In this document: positions 52,745 to 63,002 of the stretch, piece after piece
Numbering within the stretch: the stretch's first letter is position 1
Layout: every line of letters begins with the position of its first letter
Assembly: GCA_037129175.1 (NCBI GenBank)
Contig: JBAXVK010000003.1
Location: forward strand, 40,154-104,153
Direction: 5' to 3'
From: Polynucleobacter sp.
Lineage (GTDB): Bacteria > Pseudomonadota > Gammaproteobacteria > Burkholderiales > Burkholderiaceae
Length of the DNA stretch: 64,000 nucleotides
The notes under the pieces: generated by a model
Told to the model about the DNA's origin: nothing
Database searches by the model: none
Seen by the model: only the letters and a program-made list of their open reading frames with translations
Position numbers and translations under genes: made by a program

Positions 52745-53173
52745 TCAAAAATTAAATTGCTTGAGTGCTTCAGGCATGCCTAGTGCAATCGCAGCCTGTT
52801 CTTTTGCAGCGTATGTCGCTGCGTCCCATAATTCCAAGTGACTGCCCATACCAAGCAAGATCACTTCTTTTTCGATTCCTGCTGCTGCACGTAATTCGGG
52901 GCTCACTAAAATTCTGCCAGCATTATCCAAATCAATTTCTGCGGCATTACCAAGAAAAATTCTGCGCCACCAATGTGCGTCCATAGGAAGTTGCGCAACT
53001 CGGGCTCTGAAACTTTCCCACTCGGGTCTTGGAAATAGCAACAAGCAGCCATCTGGGTGTTTTGTGAGCGTAAGGCGACCTTCACCTTGAACTAGCAAGG
53101 CGTCACGATGCTTAGCTGGAACAGACATCCGGCCTTTTGCATCTAAATTGAGAGCTGAAGCACCTTGAAACAC
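52745..53173 (-). CDS. mraZ: Division/cell wall cluster repressor MraZ
   Basis: MFQG..LDAKGR..VP and [11 protein letters not shown]; GTG start. Confidence 0.96.
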   Translation of the reverse strand: MFQGASALNLDAKGRMSVPAKHRDALLVQGEGRLTLTKHPDGCLLLFPRPEWESFRARVAQLPMDAHWWRRIFLGNAAEIDLDNAGRILVSPELRAAAGIEKEVILLGMGSHLELWDAATYAAKEQAAIALGMPEALKQFNF

Positions 53174-53180
53174 TATTTAC

Positions 53181-53205
53181 CCCACTTTTTCACACTTCCT
53201 CCCAC
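53181..53205 (-). promoter_or_regulatory. MraZ operator: three GTG(G/T)G repeats at 10-bp periodicity
   Basis: Plus strand has cccac at 53181, cacac at 53191 and cccac at 53201. Confidence 0.88.
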
Positions 53206-53232
53206 TTTAGAGGATCGTCTGAGGGGGGTCAA
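53204..53232 (-). promoter_or_regulatory. Pmra-like sigma70 promoter of the dcw cluster
   Basis: TTGACC, a 17-bp spacer and TAAAGT. The -10 element overlaps the first MraZ repeat. Confidence 0.8.
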
Positions 53233-53391
53233 GTGTTTTTGGGTATTTTTTTAGGAAATTCTCTAGTGTTTACAAACACTTAGCGCTATGTGTTGATAAA
53301 ATGGTGATAATAAAATAGCTACTTGAAACAATGGCTTGGAAAATATACTTAAGAATAGGTCTTAGCTATATGACTAGATAATGCTTAAATA

Positions 53392-53411
53392 TACTGTATT
53401 TAAAAACAGTA
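53392..53411. promoter_or_regulatory. LexA (SOS) box-like palindrome
   Basis: TACTGTATTTAAAAACAGTA = CTGT-N8-ACAG with TA flanks. Confidence 0.65.
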
Positions 53412-53487
53412 GTATTCAAAAAATATATCATAATTAATCTGAAATTAAATCCCCTGATTAATTTGGACTAAATCGCAAATATCAATT

Positions 53488-54117
53488 TCAAATTTTGTAA
53501 GCAGCTGTTGTCATCACCTTGGACATTGCTTGCATTATTTTTTGAACTGGCTCAGGCAAAGTCGCTCCACCTGCATGCAAGGCTGCTTGCCCATGTTCGA
53601 TTTCATCAATCCGCATTTGATCAACGATCGCACGCGAGCGATGATCTTCTTCAGGCAATTTTTTGAGGTGGCTCTCAAGATGACTTTCAACTTGTTTTTC
53701 AGTTTCAGCAACAAAACCTAAACTCCACTTATCACCCGCTAAGCCTGCTGCCAGGCCGATCGCAAAGGATCCTGCATACCAAAATGGATTGAGATAACTG
53801 GTGTGCGAACCAAGCTCTTTAAGACGAGTTTCACACCAAGCCAAATGATCTACTTCTTCTTGACCGGAGTGATTGAGCATCTCTTTAATTTCTGAATTTC
53901 TGGCAACTAATTTTTGTGATTGATACAAAGCTTGTGCACACACTTCACCAACGTGATTAATCCGCATCAACCCTGCTGCATGCTTTCGTTGTTCAGAATC
54001 TAATGCGGCATTTGCGCCAAGCTCTGAACCAGGAGTAGGTCTTTGCGCATTTGCTCCGCCAACAACCGAACGCAATGCGGTATCAAACTCAACAATGAAG
54101 CGGTCTATTGGGGTCAT
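53488..54117 (-). CDS. coq7: Demethoxyubiquinone hydroxylase Coq7
   Basis: [34 protein letters not shown] and DEIEHG di-iron motifs. Confidence 0.93.
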   Translation of the reverse strand: MTPIDRFIVEFDTALRSVVGGANAQRPTPGSELGANAALDSEQRKHAAGLMRINHVGEVCAQALYQSQKLVARNSEIKEMLNHSGQEEVDHLAWCETRLKELGSHTSYLNPFWYAGSFAIGLAAGLAGDKWSLGFVAETEKQVESHLESHLKKLPEEDHRSRAIVDQMRIDEIEHGQAALHAGGATLPEPVQKIMQAMSKVMTTAAYKI

Positions 54118-54127
54118 ATACGGAAAA

Positions 54128-55165
54128 TTAAACCAGAACTTCAGCTTTACAGCTTTGCTTGGTCTTTAATCCTAGCTCTGCCAAGAGCTCACGGTCTTCT
54201 TCTGCCTCTGGATTACCAGTAGTGAGTAATTGCTCACCATAGAAGATTGAATTAGCGCCGGCCATAAAGCACATGGCCTGAACAGCCCTGCCTAATTGTT
54301 GACGACCAGCTGATAAGCGCACGCGAGCCTTAGGCATGGTGATGCGAGCTACTGCAATGGTTCTCACAAACTCCAAAGGATCTAAAGGCTTCTGATCAGC
54401 CAAAGGTGTTCCAGCAACAGGCACTAAGTGATTGATGGGAACAGACTCAGGATAAGGGCTCAAATTTGCTAAACGAGCCAAGAAAGCAGCTCGCTGTTCA
54501 CGGGACTCGCCCATGCCCACAATGCCGCCGCAGCAAACCGACATGCCAGCTGCACGGACATTGGAAATCGTATCCAAGCGGTCCTGGTACCCCCGTGTAG
54601 AAATTACTGAACGATAAAAATCTTCACTGGTATCAAGGTTATGGTTATAAAAATCTAAGCCCGCCTCTTGTAGCGCCAAAGCTTGATCAGCCTCTAACAT
54701 GCCCAAGGTGGCACAAGTTTCTAAGCCCAAAGCTTTGACACCCTTAATCATTGCAGCGACTTTTTCAATATCGCGATCTTTAGGCTCTCGCCAAGCCGCG
54801 CCCATGCAGAAGCGGTTTGATCCTGCCGCTTTAGCAGCTCTAGCGGCCTCTAAAACCTCCTCCAAGCCCATCAACTTCTCAGCCTTAACGTCAGTGTCAT
54901 AGCGCGCCGCCTGCGGGCAATAGCTGCAATCCTCAGGGCAGCCACCGGTCTTAATGGACAACAAGGTAGCCAACTCCACATCGCCTTCAGGGAAATTGAT
55001 TTTATGAGTCTCTTGAGCCTTGAGCATTAATTGATCAAAAGGCAAGGCAAACAATGCTTCAATTTGGGCCACGGTCCACCCACCGGAGGCATCTACCTCT
55101 TTGCGTAAATTAGCCATAGATTTGACTAAGGTAAGAGGTTTTTCAGCAGTTTGGGAGTCCAACAT
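54128..55165 (-). CDS. bioB: Biotin synthase
   Basis: [10 protein letters not shown] radical-SAM motif, YNHNLDT, ESVPIN and AGANSIF. Start ATG 55165 (alternative TTG 55171). Confidence 0.96.
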   Translation of the reverse strand: MLDSQTAEKPLTLVKSMANLRKEVDASGGWTVAQIEALFALPFDQLMLKAQETHKINFPEGDVELATLLSIKTGGCPEDCSYCPQAARYDTDVKAEKLMGLEEVLEAARAAKAAGSNRFCMGAAWREPKDRDIEKVAAMIKGVKALGLETCATLGMLEADQALALQEAGLDFYNHNLDTSEDFYRSVISTRGYQDRLDTISNVRAAGMSVCCGGIVGMGESREQRAAFLARLANLSPYPESVPINHLVPVAGTPLADQKPLDPLEFVRTIAVARITMPKARVRLSAGRQQLGRAVQAMCFMAGANSIFYGEQLLTTGNPEAEEDRELLAELGLKTKQSCKAEVLV

Positions 55166-55254
55166 GGGCAAATTCCAGAAAATAGATCAATTCAAGGCAT
55201 AAACATAACAGATACAAGCCGGCAATTGGAAAAACTAGTGGTCAAATATCAAAC

Positions 55255-56601
55255 ATGAAGGTTATTTCTGATTTAAATCAACCCACTCTCGTTGATCGCA
55301 GCCTGGCTGCCGTTTGGCACCCCTGCACTCAGATGAAACATCACGAGTCTTTTCCCCTGATTGCCATCACCAAAGGCAAGGGTCCGTGGCTCTATGACGA
55401 ACAGGGAAACGCCTTACTTGATTGCATCAGCTCTTGGTGGACCAATTTATTTGGCCACTCAAATCCAAGGATTAATCAAGCCATTATTAATCAGCTAGAA
55501 AAAATTGAGCATGTCATGCTTGCGGGTTTTACACATCAACCAGTGGTTGAGCTCTCGGAAAAACTTTCCGCCCTGACAAACGGAAATTTAGGCCACGTCT
55601 TCTATGCATCAGACGGCGCATCTGCAGTAGAAATTGCGTTGAAGATGAGTCACCATTTTTGGCAACTGAATGGTAAACCGCAAAAGAAAAAATTTGTCTG
55701 CTTAGAAAATGGTTATCACGGAGAAACGCTAGGCGCATTAGCAGTGACCGATGTTGCTATTTTTCGGGAAGCCTATGGATCACTCTTGCAAGATGTGTAT
55801 ACCGTCACATCACCTGATGCACGCAAAGCAAAATCTGGCGAGAGTCCAATAGCTGTAGCAAAATATGCTGCGGCTGAACTAGAGCAGTTATTTAAAAAAG
55901 AACATCAACATATTGCCGCCATCATCATTGAGCCCCTAGTGCAATGCGCTGGACAAATGGCAATGTATTCCCCAGAATATCTTCGGCTTGTAAGAGACTT
56001 ATGCAATCGCTATGAGGTGCATCTCATAGCCGATGAGATCGCTGTGGGTTGTGGGCGAAGTGGGAAGTTTTTTGCTTGTGAACATGCTGGCATTTGGCCA
56101 GACTTTCTAACTCTATCTAAAGGTATTAGCGGCGGCTACCTTCCTCTCTCGGTTTGTATGACTACCAACACAATTTATCGTGCTTTTTATAGTGATAAAA
56201 CGCAACAAGGCTTCTTGCATTCACACTCATACACTGGAAACCCACTAGCTTGCTCAGCAGCACTAGCCTGCTTAGCAATTTTTGAAACTGAAAATGTTTT
56301 AGAAAAAAATATTGGACGCTCACAAGATTTAGCGAATGCTTTTGCGTGGGCAAAAGCAGATTCTCGAATAGAGCACTGGCGCCAGCAAGGGATGATTCTG
56401 GCTTTTGATCTTAAGAATGAATATCTTAAAAATCCAAGCACCTTTCCACGCGAAATGTTCTCTAAAGGTTTGGAAGAAGGGGTTCTGATTAGACCAATCG
56501 GTAATACGATTTATGTCATGCCACCCTACATTCTGTCTACTGAAGAAGCAATACACATGGGAAATGCTATTAAGTTTGCACTCGAGAAGGCTTTGGCATG
56601 A
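55255..56601 (+). CDS. bioA: DAPA aminotransferase
   Basis: WHPCTQM, SSWWTNLFGH, ADEIAVG.GRSG, SKGISGGYLP and HSHSYTGNP. Confidence 0.95.
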   Translation: MKVISDLNQPTLVDRSLAAVWHPCTQMKHHESFPLIAITKGKGPWLYDEQGNALLDCISSWWTNLFGHSNPRINQAIINQLEKIEHVMLAGFTHQPVVELSEKLSALTNGNLGHVFYASDGASAVEIALKMSHHFWQLNGKPQKKKFVCLENGYHGETLGALAVTDVAIFREAYGSLLQDVYTVTSPDARKAKSGESPIAVAKYAAAELEQLFKKEHQHIAAIIIEPLVQCAGQMAMYSPEYLRLVRDLCNRYEVHLIADEIAVGCGRSGKFFACEHAGIWPDFLTLSKGISGGYLPLSVCMTTNTIYRAFYSDKTQQGFLHSHSYTGNPLACSAALACLAIFETENVLEKNIGRSQDLANAFAWAKADSRIEHWRQQGMILAFDLKNEYLKNPSTFPREMFSKGLEEGVLIRPIGNTIYVMPPYILSTEEAIHMGNAIKFALEKALA

Positions 56602-57836
56602 CAAGTTCATTTAGCGCCTTAAAGCTTGCGCAAGAACAAATTGCAGCCTTAGATGTGCAACTGCTCAAACGGAATTTACGTGTCACACAATCCCCTTGTG
56701 ACACCAGAGCAACTATAGATGGCAGGCAACTGAAGGTCTTTTGCAGCAACGATTACCTTGGGCTTGCCAATCACCCAGAATTAGTAAATGCCTTAGCACA
56801 AGGTAGCCAAAAATATGGTGTTGGTAGTGGTGCTTCGCATTTAATCAGCGGTCATAGTGCAGCACATGAGCTACTTGAAAAGCAGTTAGCTTCTTTTCAA
56901 GAGAAGCATATCCCCAAAGTACGTGCCTTATTTTTTAGCACTGGCTACCTAGCTAATCTTACCGCCATTACTGGCCTAGCTAGACTTGCTGAGCGTGGAG
57001 ATCTGAGTATTTACTCCGCCAAACTCAATCACGCTTCGCTGATTGATGGAGTTCGATTGGCAGCTGCGCAAATGCATGCCACAGTCAACTTGTTTGATCA
57101 CACTGAGCTTACTTCATTAACTGAGCTACTCAAAAAAGATACAGCATCTCTTAAACTCATTATCACTGATGGTGTCTTTAGCATGGATGGCGATCTAGCA
57201 CCAGTTAAAGCATTACTGCAGATAGCAGAACAATACGATGCCCTGTTAATAGTTGATGATGCCCATGGTTTTGGGGTACTAGGTAAGCAAGGACATGGCA
57301 TCTTAGAGCAAGAAAATATTCATTCTGATCGCATCATTTATATCGGTACCTTAGGGAAAGCTGCTGGGGTCAGCGGTGCTTTTATTTGTGCTCAAGATTC
57401 TTTTATTGAATGGCTCATTCAAAAGGGTCGCCCCTATATTTACAGTACTGCAACCCCACCTGCTATCGCGCACACATTACTCAAAAGCCTTGAGATCATT
57501 GCAAGTGACAAGGGCATAAAACGTCGTACACAACTAAATCAGCTCATCAAACTTTGGCAGGACGAAATGGTATTTTTAGAATGGCAAAAGGGCTCTTCCT
57601 GCACGCCTATTCAACCAGTTCTCGTGGGTAGCAATGCCAATGCGCTCATGGCAGCAAAGTTATTAGATGAAGCAGGTTATTGGATTCCAGCAATTCGTCC
57701 ACCAACAGTGCCTGTTGGTAGCGCACGCTTACGGATTACTTTTTCTGCAAATCATAGCGCCGATGATTTACGTAAACTCATCACTACCTTAAAAAGGATA
57801 GAACAAGAAATTCATCAAAAGGCTGCTCATGACTAA
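56598..57836 (+). CDS. bioF: 8-amino-7-oxononanoate synthase
   Basis: SNDYLGL, GSGASHL, DGVFSMDG, DDAHG, TLGKA and AIRPPTVP. Confidence 0.95.
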   Translation: MTSSFSALKLAQEQIAALDVQLLKRNLRVTQSPCDTRATIDGRQLKVFCSNDYLGLANHPELVNALAQGSQKYGVGSGASHLISGHSAAHELLEKQLASFQEKHIPKVRALFFSTGYLANLTAITGLARLAERGDLSIYSAKLNHASLIDGVRLAAAQMHATVNLFDHTELTSLTELLKKDTASLKLIITDGVFSMDGDLAPVKALLQIAEQYDALLIVDDAHGFGVLGKQGHGILEQENIHSDRIIYIGTLGKAAGVSGAFICAQDSFIEWLIQKGRPYIYSTATPPAIAHTLLKSLEIIASDKGIKRRTQLNQLIKLWQDEMVFLEWQKGSSCTPIQPVLVGSNANALMAAKLLDEAGYWIPAIRPPTVPVGSARLRITFSANHSADDLRKLITTLKRIEQEIHQKAAHD

Positions 57837-58551
57837 GATGACTGGTTTTTTTGTAACGGGTACCGATACTGAAGTTGGTAAAACTTTGGTTAGTGGTGCG
57901 CTGATTCTCAAGTTACGTAAACAAGGGAAACAAGCTATTGGCTTTAAACCTGTCGTTGCTGGAACATATCAAAGTACCAGTGGCAGCATTCTCAACGAAG
58001 ATCTAGAAACTTTACGGATTGCTTCCGAGCTAGCGCCAGGCCAATTAAGCTTATCTCCTTATGTTTTAGATATGCCGGTAGCTCCCCATTTGGCTGCGGT
58101 AAATAAAGGTATTACCCTAGACTTGAAGACCATCATGCAAGCGCTTGATGAAATTCAAAAGCACAGTGATTGTCTTGTTATCGAAGGGGCTGGCGGATTT
58201 TTAGTTCCACTAAATCATGATGAAGATTTAGGCGATCTTGCGCAGCAAATCAATTTGCCAATCATTTTGGTGATTGGCATGAAGTTAGGATGTATTAATC
58301 ATGCTCTACTAACTCAAGAAGCGATTAAAGCCCGTGGTTTAAAAATTGCAGGGTGGATTGCTAACTCCCTAACAAATAATGAAATGCCCCTACTAAAAGA
58401 AAATATTGCTACGTTAGAAGCAAAAATCAATGCACCCTTTTTAGGACTAATCCCCTCCTTGCCTAAAACACTTCAAAAATCTCATAACAGCCCTTATTCA
58501 ATAGAAGCACTTGATTTTGCTGCACAGCACATCCAAATAACAAGTAATTAA
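57829..58551 (+). CDS. bioD: Dethiobiotin synthetase
   Basis: TGTDTEVGKT, FKPV, EGAGG and LGCINHA. Confidence 0.95.
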   Translation: MTKMTGFFVTGTDTEVGKTLVSGALILKLRKQGKQAIGFKPVVAGTYQSTSGSILNEDLETLRIASELAPGQLSLSPYVLDMPVAPHLAAVNKGITLDLKTIMQALDEIQKHSDCLVIEGAGGFLVPLNHDEDLGDLAQQINLPIILVIGMKLGCINHALLTQEAIKARGLKIAGWIANSLTNNEMPLLKENIATLEAKINAPFLGLIPSLPKTLQKSHNSPYSIEALDFAAQHIQITSN

Positions 58552-58608
58552 AGCCCCTAGAGCAAGTCCTAAGATGAAACTGGTGGGAGTTTCAGATAAG
58601 ATAAAGGG

Positions 58609-59805
58609 ATGCATTTACTCCCTGAAATCCTTGATTCTGCAAAAGCTATACAAGATATTCGTCGCAACATTCACGCTCATCCTGAATTACGCTTCGAAGA
58701 AAATCGCACGTCTGACTTAGTTGCAGAAGCGCTTTCCAGTTGGGGGATTACGGTTTACCGAGGCATGGGTAAAACAGGTGTTGTTGGTCGTCTTGATGGC
58801 GATTTAGGTTCCGGAAAAATGATTGGCTTGCGGGCTGATATGGACGCACTCCCATTACAAGAGCACAACAATTTTGAGCATGCTTCTCGCAATCCCGGAA
58901 AGATGCATGCCTGCGGTCACGATGGTCACACTGCAATGCTTTTAGGTGCTGCCCAATATCTATCAAATCATCGCGACTTCAAAGGGACTGTGATATTTAT
59001 TTTCCAGCCCGGCGAAGAAGGCGGTGCTGGTGCCAAAGAAATGATTAAAGATGGGCTCTTTAAACAATTTCCTTGTGATGCTGTTTTTGGGTTACACAAT
59101 TGGCCAGGCCTAGGCGAAGGTCACTTTGGAGTTACTCCTGGTCCTATGATGGCTTCAAGCAACGCTTTTGAAATTACCATTACCGGTAAGGGTGGTCACG
59201 CTGCACTACCTCACAATAGCGCTGACCCAGTACTTACTGGAGCGCAAGTCGTGTTAGCACTCCAAAGTATCATTACTCGTAATAAGCGTCCAGTCGATGC
59301 AGCAGTTCTCTCAGTCACGCAGTTTCATGCGGGCGAAACAAGTAATGTCATTCCTGACAGCGCCTTTATTGGCGGCACTGTCAGAACATTCACCTTGGAA
59401 GTACTAGATTTAATGGAGCAACGACTTCGTGAAATTGCACACAGTGTCGCAAGCGCATTTGATTGCAAAGCTGAAATTTCTTTTAAGAGAAGCTATCCGC
59501 CATTGATTAATCATGATGCTGAAGTTCAGTTTGCCAGCGAGGTAATGAGCGAATTAGTCGGCAAACAAAACGTCAATACAAATATTGATCCCACAATGGG
59601 CGCAGAAGATTTTGCCTTTATGTTGCTAGAGAAGCCAGGATGCTATGTATTTTTAGGCAATGGAGATGGAGATCACCGCTCTACAGGTCATGGCATGGGC
59701 CCATGCCATCTCCATAATCCCTCTTATGACTTTAACGATACATTAATTCCGGTAGGTGTGAGCTACTGGGTAAAGCTCGCGCAACGCTATCTAGAAAAAA
59801 GTTAA
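58609..59805 (+). CDS. M20D amidohydrolase (hippurate hydrolase/aminoacylase-like)
   Basis: HAHPEL, RADMDALP, MHACGHDGH, QPGEE, GGHAA and EDF. Confidence 0.9.
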   Translation: MHLLPEILDSAKAIQDIRRNIHAHPELRFEENRTSDLVAEALSSWGITVYRGMGKTGVVGRLDGDLGSGKMIGLRADMDALPLQEHNNFEHASRNPGKMHACGHDGHTAMLLGAAQYLSNHRDFKGTVIFIFQPGEEGGAGAKEMIKDGLFKQFPCDAVFGLHNWPGLGEGHFGVTPGPMMASSNAFEITITGKGGHAALPHNSADPVLTGAQVVLALQSIITRNKRPVDAAVLSVTQFHAGETSNVIPDSAFIGGTVRTFTLEVLDLMEQRLREIAHSVASAFDCKAEISFKRSYPPLINHDAEVQFASEVMSELVGKQNVNTNIDPTMGAEDFAFMLLEKPGCYVFLGNGDGDHRSTGHGMGPCHLHNPSYDFNDTLIPVGVSYWVKLAQRYLEKS

Positions 59806-59809
59806 ACCC

Positions 59810-60586
59810 TTAAGAGTTAGTAAATTTAGCTGGACGTTTTTCTATAAATGCGGCCATGCCTTCTTTTTGATCATTCGTTCCAAAGCAAGTGTGGAACAAG
59901 CGACGCTCAAAATGGATCCCCTGTGAAAGCGTAGTTTCATAAGCAGTGTTAACTGCTTCTTTGACCATCATTGCTGTTAGTAATGGCATATCAGCAATCT
60001 CTTTAGCAATTATTTTTACTTCTTTTAATAAATCTGCTTTTGGAAAGACTCGAGATACCAAGCCTGAACGTTCAGCCTCTGCAGCATCCATCATCCTTCC
60101 AGTTAAAGCTAAATCCATTGCTTTCGCTTTAGAAACTGCACGTGGCAAACGTTGCGTACCGCCAGCACCAGGGATAATTCCCAACTTAATTTCTGGTTGC
60201 GCAAACTTGGCATTATCTGCAGCCATGATGGTGTCACACATCATGGCCAATTCACATCCGCCTCCAAGTGCATAGCCCGATACTGCAGCAATCACAGGCT
60301 TACGAACTTTTTGCATATGCTCCCAATTACGGGAAATAAAATTATGACGATATACATCTTGCAAGTTACGCTTCGCCATTGATGCAATATCAGCACCGGC
60401 AGCAAATGCCTTTTCACTACCTGTCACAATGATGCAACCAATATTGTCATCTGCATCAAATGTAAGTAATGCCTCGCCTAACTCATCCATTAGCTGATCA
60501 TTTAGTGCATTGAGAACTTCAGGGCGATTTAAGATAATGGTAGCAACCTTGCCATCAACCTCAGTCAAAATTGTTTTGTAGTTCAT
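59810..60586 (-). CDS. Enoyl-CoA hydratase
   Basis: [32 protein letters not shown] and EGMAAF.EKR. Confidence 0.92.
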   Translation of the reverse strand: MNYKTILTEVDGKVATIILNRPEVLNALNDQLMDELGEALLTFDADDNIGCIIVTGSEKAFAAGADIASMAKRNLQDVYRHNFISRNWEHMQKVRKPVIAAVSGYALGGGCELAMMCDTIMAADNAKFAQPEIKLGIIPGAGGTQRLPRAVSKAKAMDLALTGRMMDAAEAERSGLVSRVFPKADLLKEVKIIAKEIADMPLLTAMMVKEAVNTAYETTLSQGIHFERRLFHTCFGTNDQKEGMAAFIEKRPAKFTNS

Positions 60587-60611
60587 GGATTTCTTTCCTG
60601 TATGTAATCAA

Positions 60612-61721
60612 TTAACGCGGCAACAATAGCCACATCTTGCCATTTTGTTTCATGCGACCAGCCATTTCTCCTGCAGCATCACCGGATCCCCAATAGTAAT
60701 CAGCCCTGACGCCGCCCACAATGGCTTTACCAGTATCCTGGGCCATTACTAACTTTTGCAAGGGTTCAGCACTCAAAGGTTTGGTGGTAGCAAGAAATAC
60801 TGGGGCACCCAAGGGTATCGATTGCGGATCAATCGCAATACTGCGCTCACCGGTTAATAACACCCCAAGGGCGCCAATAGTGCCAGATGTCTCTTTAAAA
60901 AAGACAAAACGGGGATTGGCGTTGAGCATTTCATTCACGCGCTCAGGATTGCGTTTGGCCCATTGCGAAATACCCTGCATAGTGGCTTCTTTACTTGTAA
61001 TCTCTTTGCGATCAAGCAACCATTGTGCTGAAGATTTAAAGGGTTGCTCATTCGTTCCAGCAAACCCTAACTGCAATATTGTGCCGTTTTCAAGACGAAT
61101 TTTTCCTGAACCCTGTATTTGCATGGAGGCTGCTTCAACAGGATCTTGCACCCAAGCAATTTCCGATCCTTTTAAAACGCCTGAACTCATCAGCTCTGCA
61201 CGCGTTGGACCTGGATTAGGTTTAGATTTTCGCCATGTATTTGGATACGCATAAAGCGGCACACTGTAAGTGCTTGTTCGTGTTTGTGAGCCATTCATCA
61301 TGGGTTCGTAGTAACCAGTAATTAAACCTGTCTCACTGCCTGAGTTATTTCGGATTTCATAGGCCTGGAAGTTGCTTTCAAAATATCGACGGATTGCTTG
61401 AGGATCCCGCGAAGATAGGCTTGCAGCTTGCGTACACACCTGACGCCAATTCACCTCTCCACCTCGCTTACGTAATACATCACAACTTTTTAGCCACGCA
61501 GACCAAGCTTGAGATAAATCATCTTCTTGCCAGCCTGGCAAGGCTTGCCAAGATACTGCATTAAATCTCGCTATCGATGAACTATAAGATGTCGGTGATA
61601 CACCAGAGTCGCTAGATCGATAAGCTGTGCCTCGGGTAGGGGGTGTTGAACACCCAACAACTAAGCTCGCAATTAGAATAGCGAATAGACTTACTTGAAA
61701 TAACTTAAATTTAAAAATCAT
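60612..61721 (-). CDS. mltA: Membrane-bound lytic transglycosylase A (lipoprotein)
   Basis: Lipobox LVVGC, ITGYYEP, IQGSG, NPRFVFF, AQDTG and a 3D domain. Start set at 61721. Confidence 0.88.
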   Translation of the reverse strand: MIFKFKLFQVSLFAILIASLVVGCSTPPTRGTAYRSSDSGVSPTSYSSSIARFNAVSWQALPGWQEDDLSQAWSAWLKSCDVLRKRGGEVNWRQVCTQAASLSSRDPQAIRRYFESNFQAYEIRNNSGSETGLITGYYEPMMNGSQTRTSTYSVPLYAYPNTWRKSKPNPGPTRAELMSSGVLKGSEIAWVQDPVEAASMQIQGSGKIRLENGTILQLGFAGTNEQPFKSSAQWLLDRKEITSKEATMQGISQWAKRNPERVNEMLNANPRFVFFKETSGTIGALGVLLTGERSIAIDPQSIPLGAPVFLATTKPLSAEPLQKLVMAQDTGKAIVGGVRADYYWGSGDAAGEMAGRMKQNGKMWLLLPR

Positions 61722-61852
61722 GATTGCCAATTTACTCGATGAATACCCAATGCTGCTCTTTATAATAGAAGGCGCTATCGCTTTAGGACTGTTGCTATTT
61801 ATTGTCCTATGGACGGGCAAAGGGAAAAAATAGTTTTTCCAAACACTTCGCT

Positions 61853-62227
61853 CTAATGTAAGGTTCGGGGCATTACTAGGGCAAATTCAGGAATTAATGC
61901 CTGGAAAAACTGCGCCTCCTCAGTAACGCAAAAGTACTCACCTCGCATAGTTCCTGCTGGTGTGGGTAAAGTGGCCCAACTGGTGTACTCAAATTGCTCT
62001 CCGGCACGCAATAAGGGTTGTTGGCCAACCACGCCTAAACCACGCACCTCCTGAACATCATTGTCCCCATCGGTAATGAACCAATGGCGGGCAATTAGCT
62101 GAACACTGGAGGTACCAGCATTGCGAATAGTGACCGTATAAGCAAACGCAAATTGACGATTATCGGGGTCAGATTGCTCTGGAAGGTACTGGGCTTTGAC
62201 CGTAATACTAATTTCATGAGGATTCAT
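61853..62227 (-). CDS. apaG: ApaG/CorD protein
   Basis: FAYTVTI.N, QLIARHWFITD, V.GLGVVGQQP, FEYTS and GTMRGEY. Start probably ATG 62227 (alternative 62245). Confidence 0.93.
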   Translation of the reverse strand: MNPHEISITVKAQYLPEQSDPDNRQFAFAYTVTIRNAGTSSVQLIARHWFITDGDNDVQEVRGLGVVGQQPLLRAGEQFEYTSWATLPTPAGTMRGEYFCVTEEAQFFQALIPEFALVMPRTLH

Positions 62228-62276
62228 GCTCGAATTCTGCTCCATCCCAAGGCCAACTGCAAGCTAGAATCTAGGG

Positions 62277-63002
62277 ATGGAAAGCCAAAAATCAACTCTA
62301 AATCGTCAATTCGTCATTGCCCCCTCGATTCTGTCAGCTGACTTTGCCTGTCTAGGTAAGGAAGTCCAAGATGTTCTGGCAGCGGGTGCCGATTGGATTC
62401 ACTTTGATGTGATGGATAACCATTTCGTCCCTAACCTCACAATTGGCCCACTGGTTTGTGAGGCTATTCGTCCATATGCCATGAAAAATGGCAAGCCTGC
62501 AATGATCGATGTTCACCTCATGGTTGAACCTGTGGATCGTATCGTGCCTGATTTTGCAAAAGCTGGCGCAAACTTAATTAGCTTTCACCCTGAGGCAAGT
62601 CCTCACGTGAATCGCACTCTTAATTTAATTCGTGATCAAGGCTGTCAAGCGGGTCTGGTATTAAACCCTGCAACACCACTTGATCATTTAGATCACACCC
62701 TAGAATTAATCGACTTAGTACTGCTCATGTCTGTCAATCCAGGATTTGGTGGTCAATCTTTTATTCCAAGCACCCTCAATAAGATTGAACAAGTTCGTAC
62801 ACGCTTAGATCGTTACGAAGCTCAAACAGGTCGCCACATTCGTCTTGAAGTAGACGGCGGAATCAAGGTGGATAACATTGCGCAGGTTGCGCAAGCGGGT
62901 GCCGATACCTTCGTTGCTGGCTCAGCCGTTTTTGGAAAAGAAAATTACGCCCAAGTAATTGAGGCAATGCGCACTGAATTAGGAAAGATTGGAAAAGCCT
63001 AA
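62277..63002 (+). CDS. rpe: Ribulose-phosphate 3-epimerase
   Basis: [35 protein letters not shown] and VDGG. Confidence 0.97.
   Translation: MESQKSTLNRQFVIAPSILSADFACLGKEVQDVLAAGADWIHFDVMDNHFVPNLTIGPLVCEAIRPYAMKNGKPAMIDVHLMVEPVDRIVPDFAKAGANLISFHPEASPHVNRTLNLIRDQGCQAGLVLNPATPLDHLDHTLELIDLVLLMSVNPGFGGQSFIPSTLNKIEQVRTRLDRYEAQTGRHIRLEVDGGIKVDNIAQVAQAGADTFVAGSAVFGKENYAQVIEAMRTELGKIGKA

Noticed and set aside
52266-52748. 160-aa alternative-frame ORF overlapping rsmH
   Set aside because: Same-strand off-frame overlap with a conserved essential-cluster gene; no protein-like motifs.
53233-53487. Possible rnpB or small ORF upstream of mraZ
   Set aside because: No GAGGAAAGUCC RNase P signature, the region is too AT-rich, and only ORFs of 16 aa or less are present.
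60721-61254. 177-aa plus-strand ORF antisense to mltA
   Set aside because: Antisense shadow with no SD or family motif.
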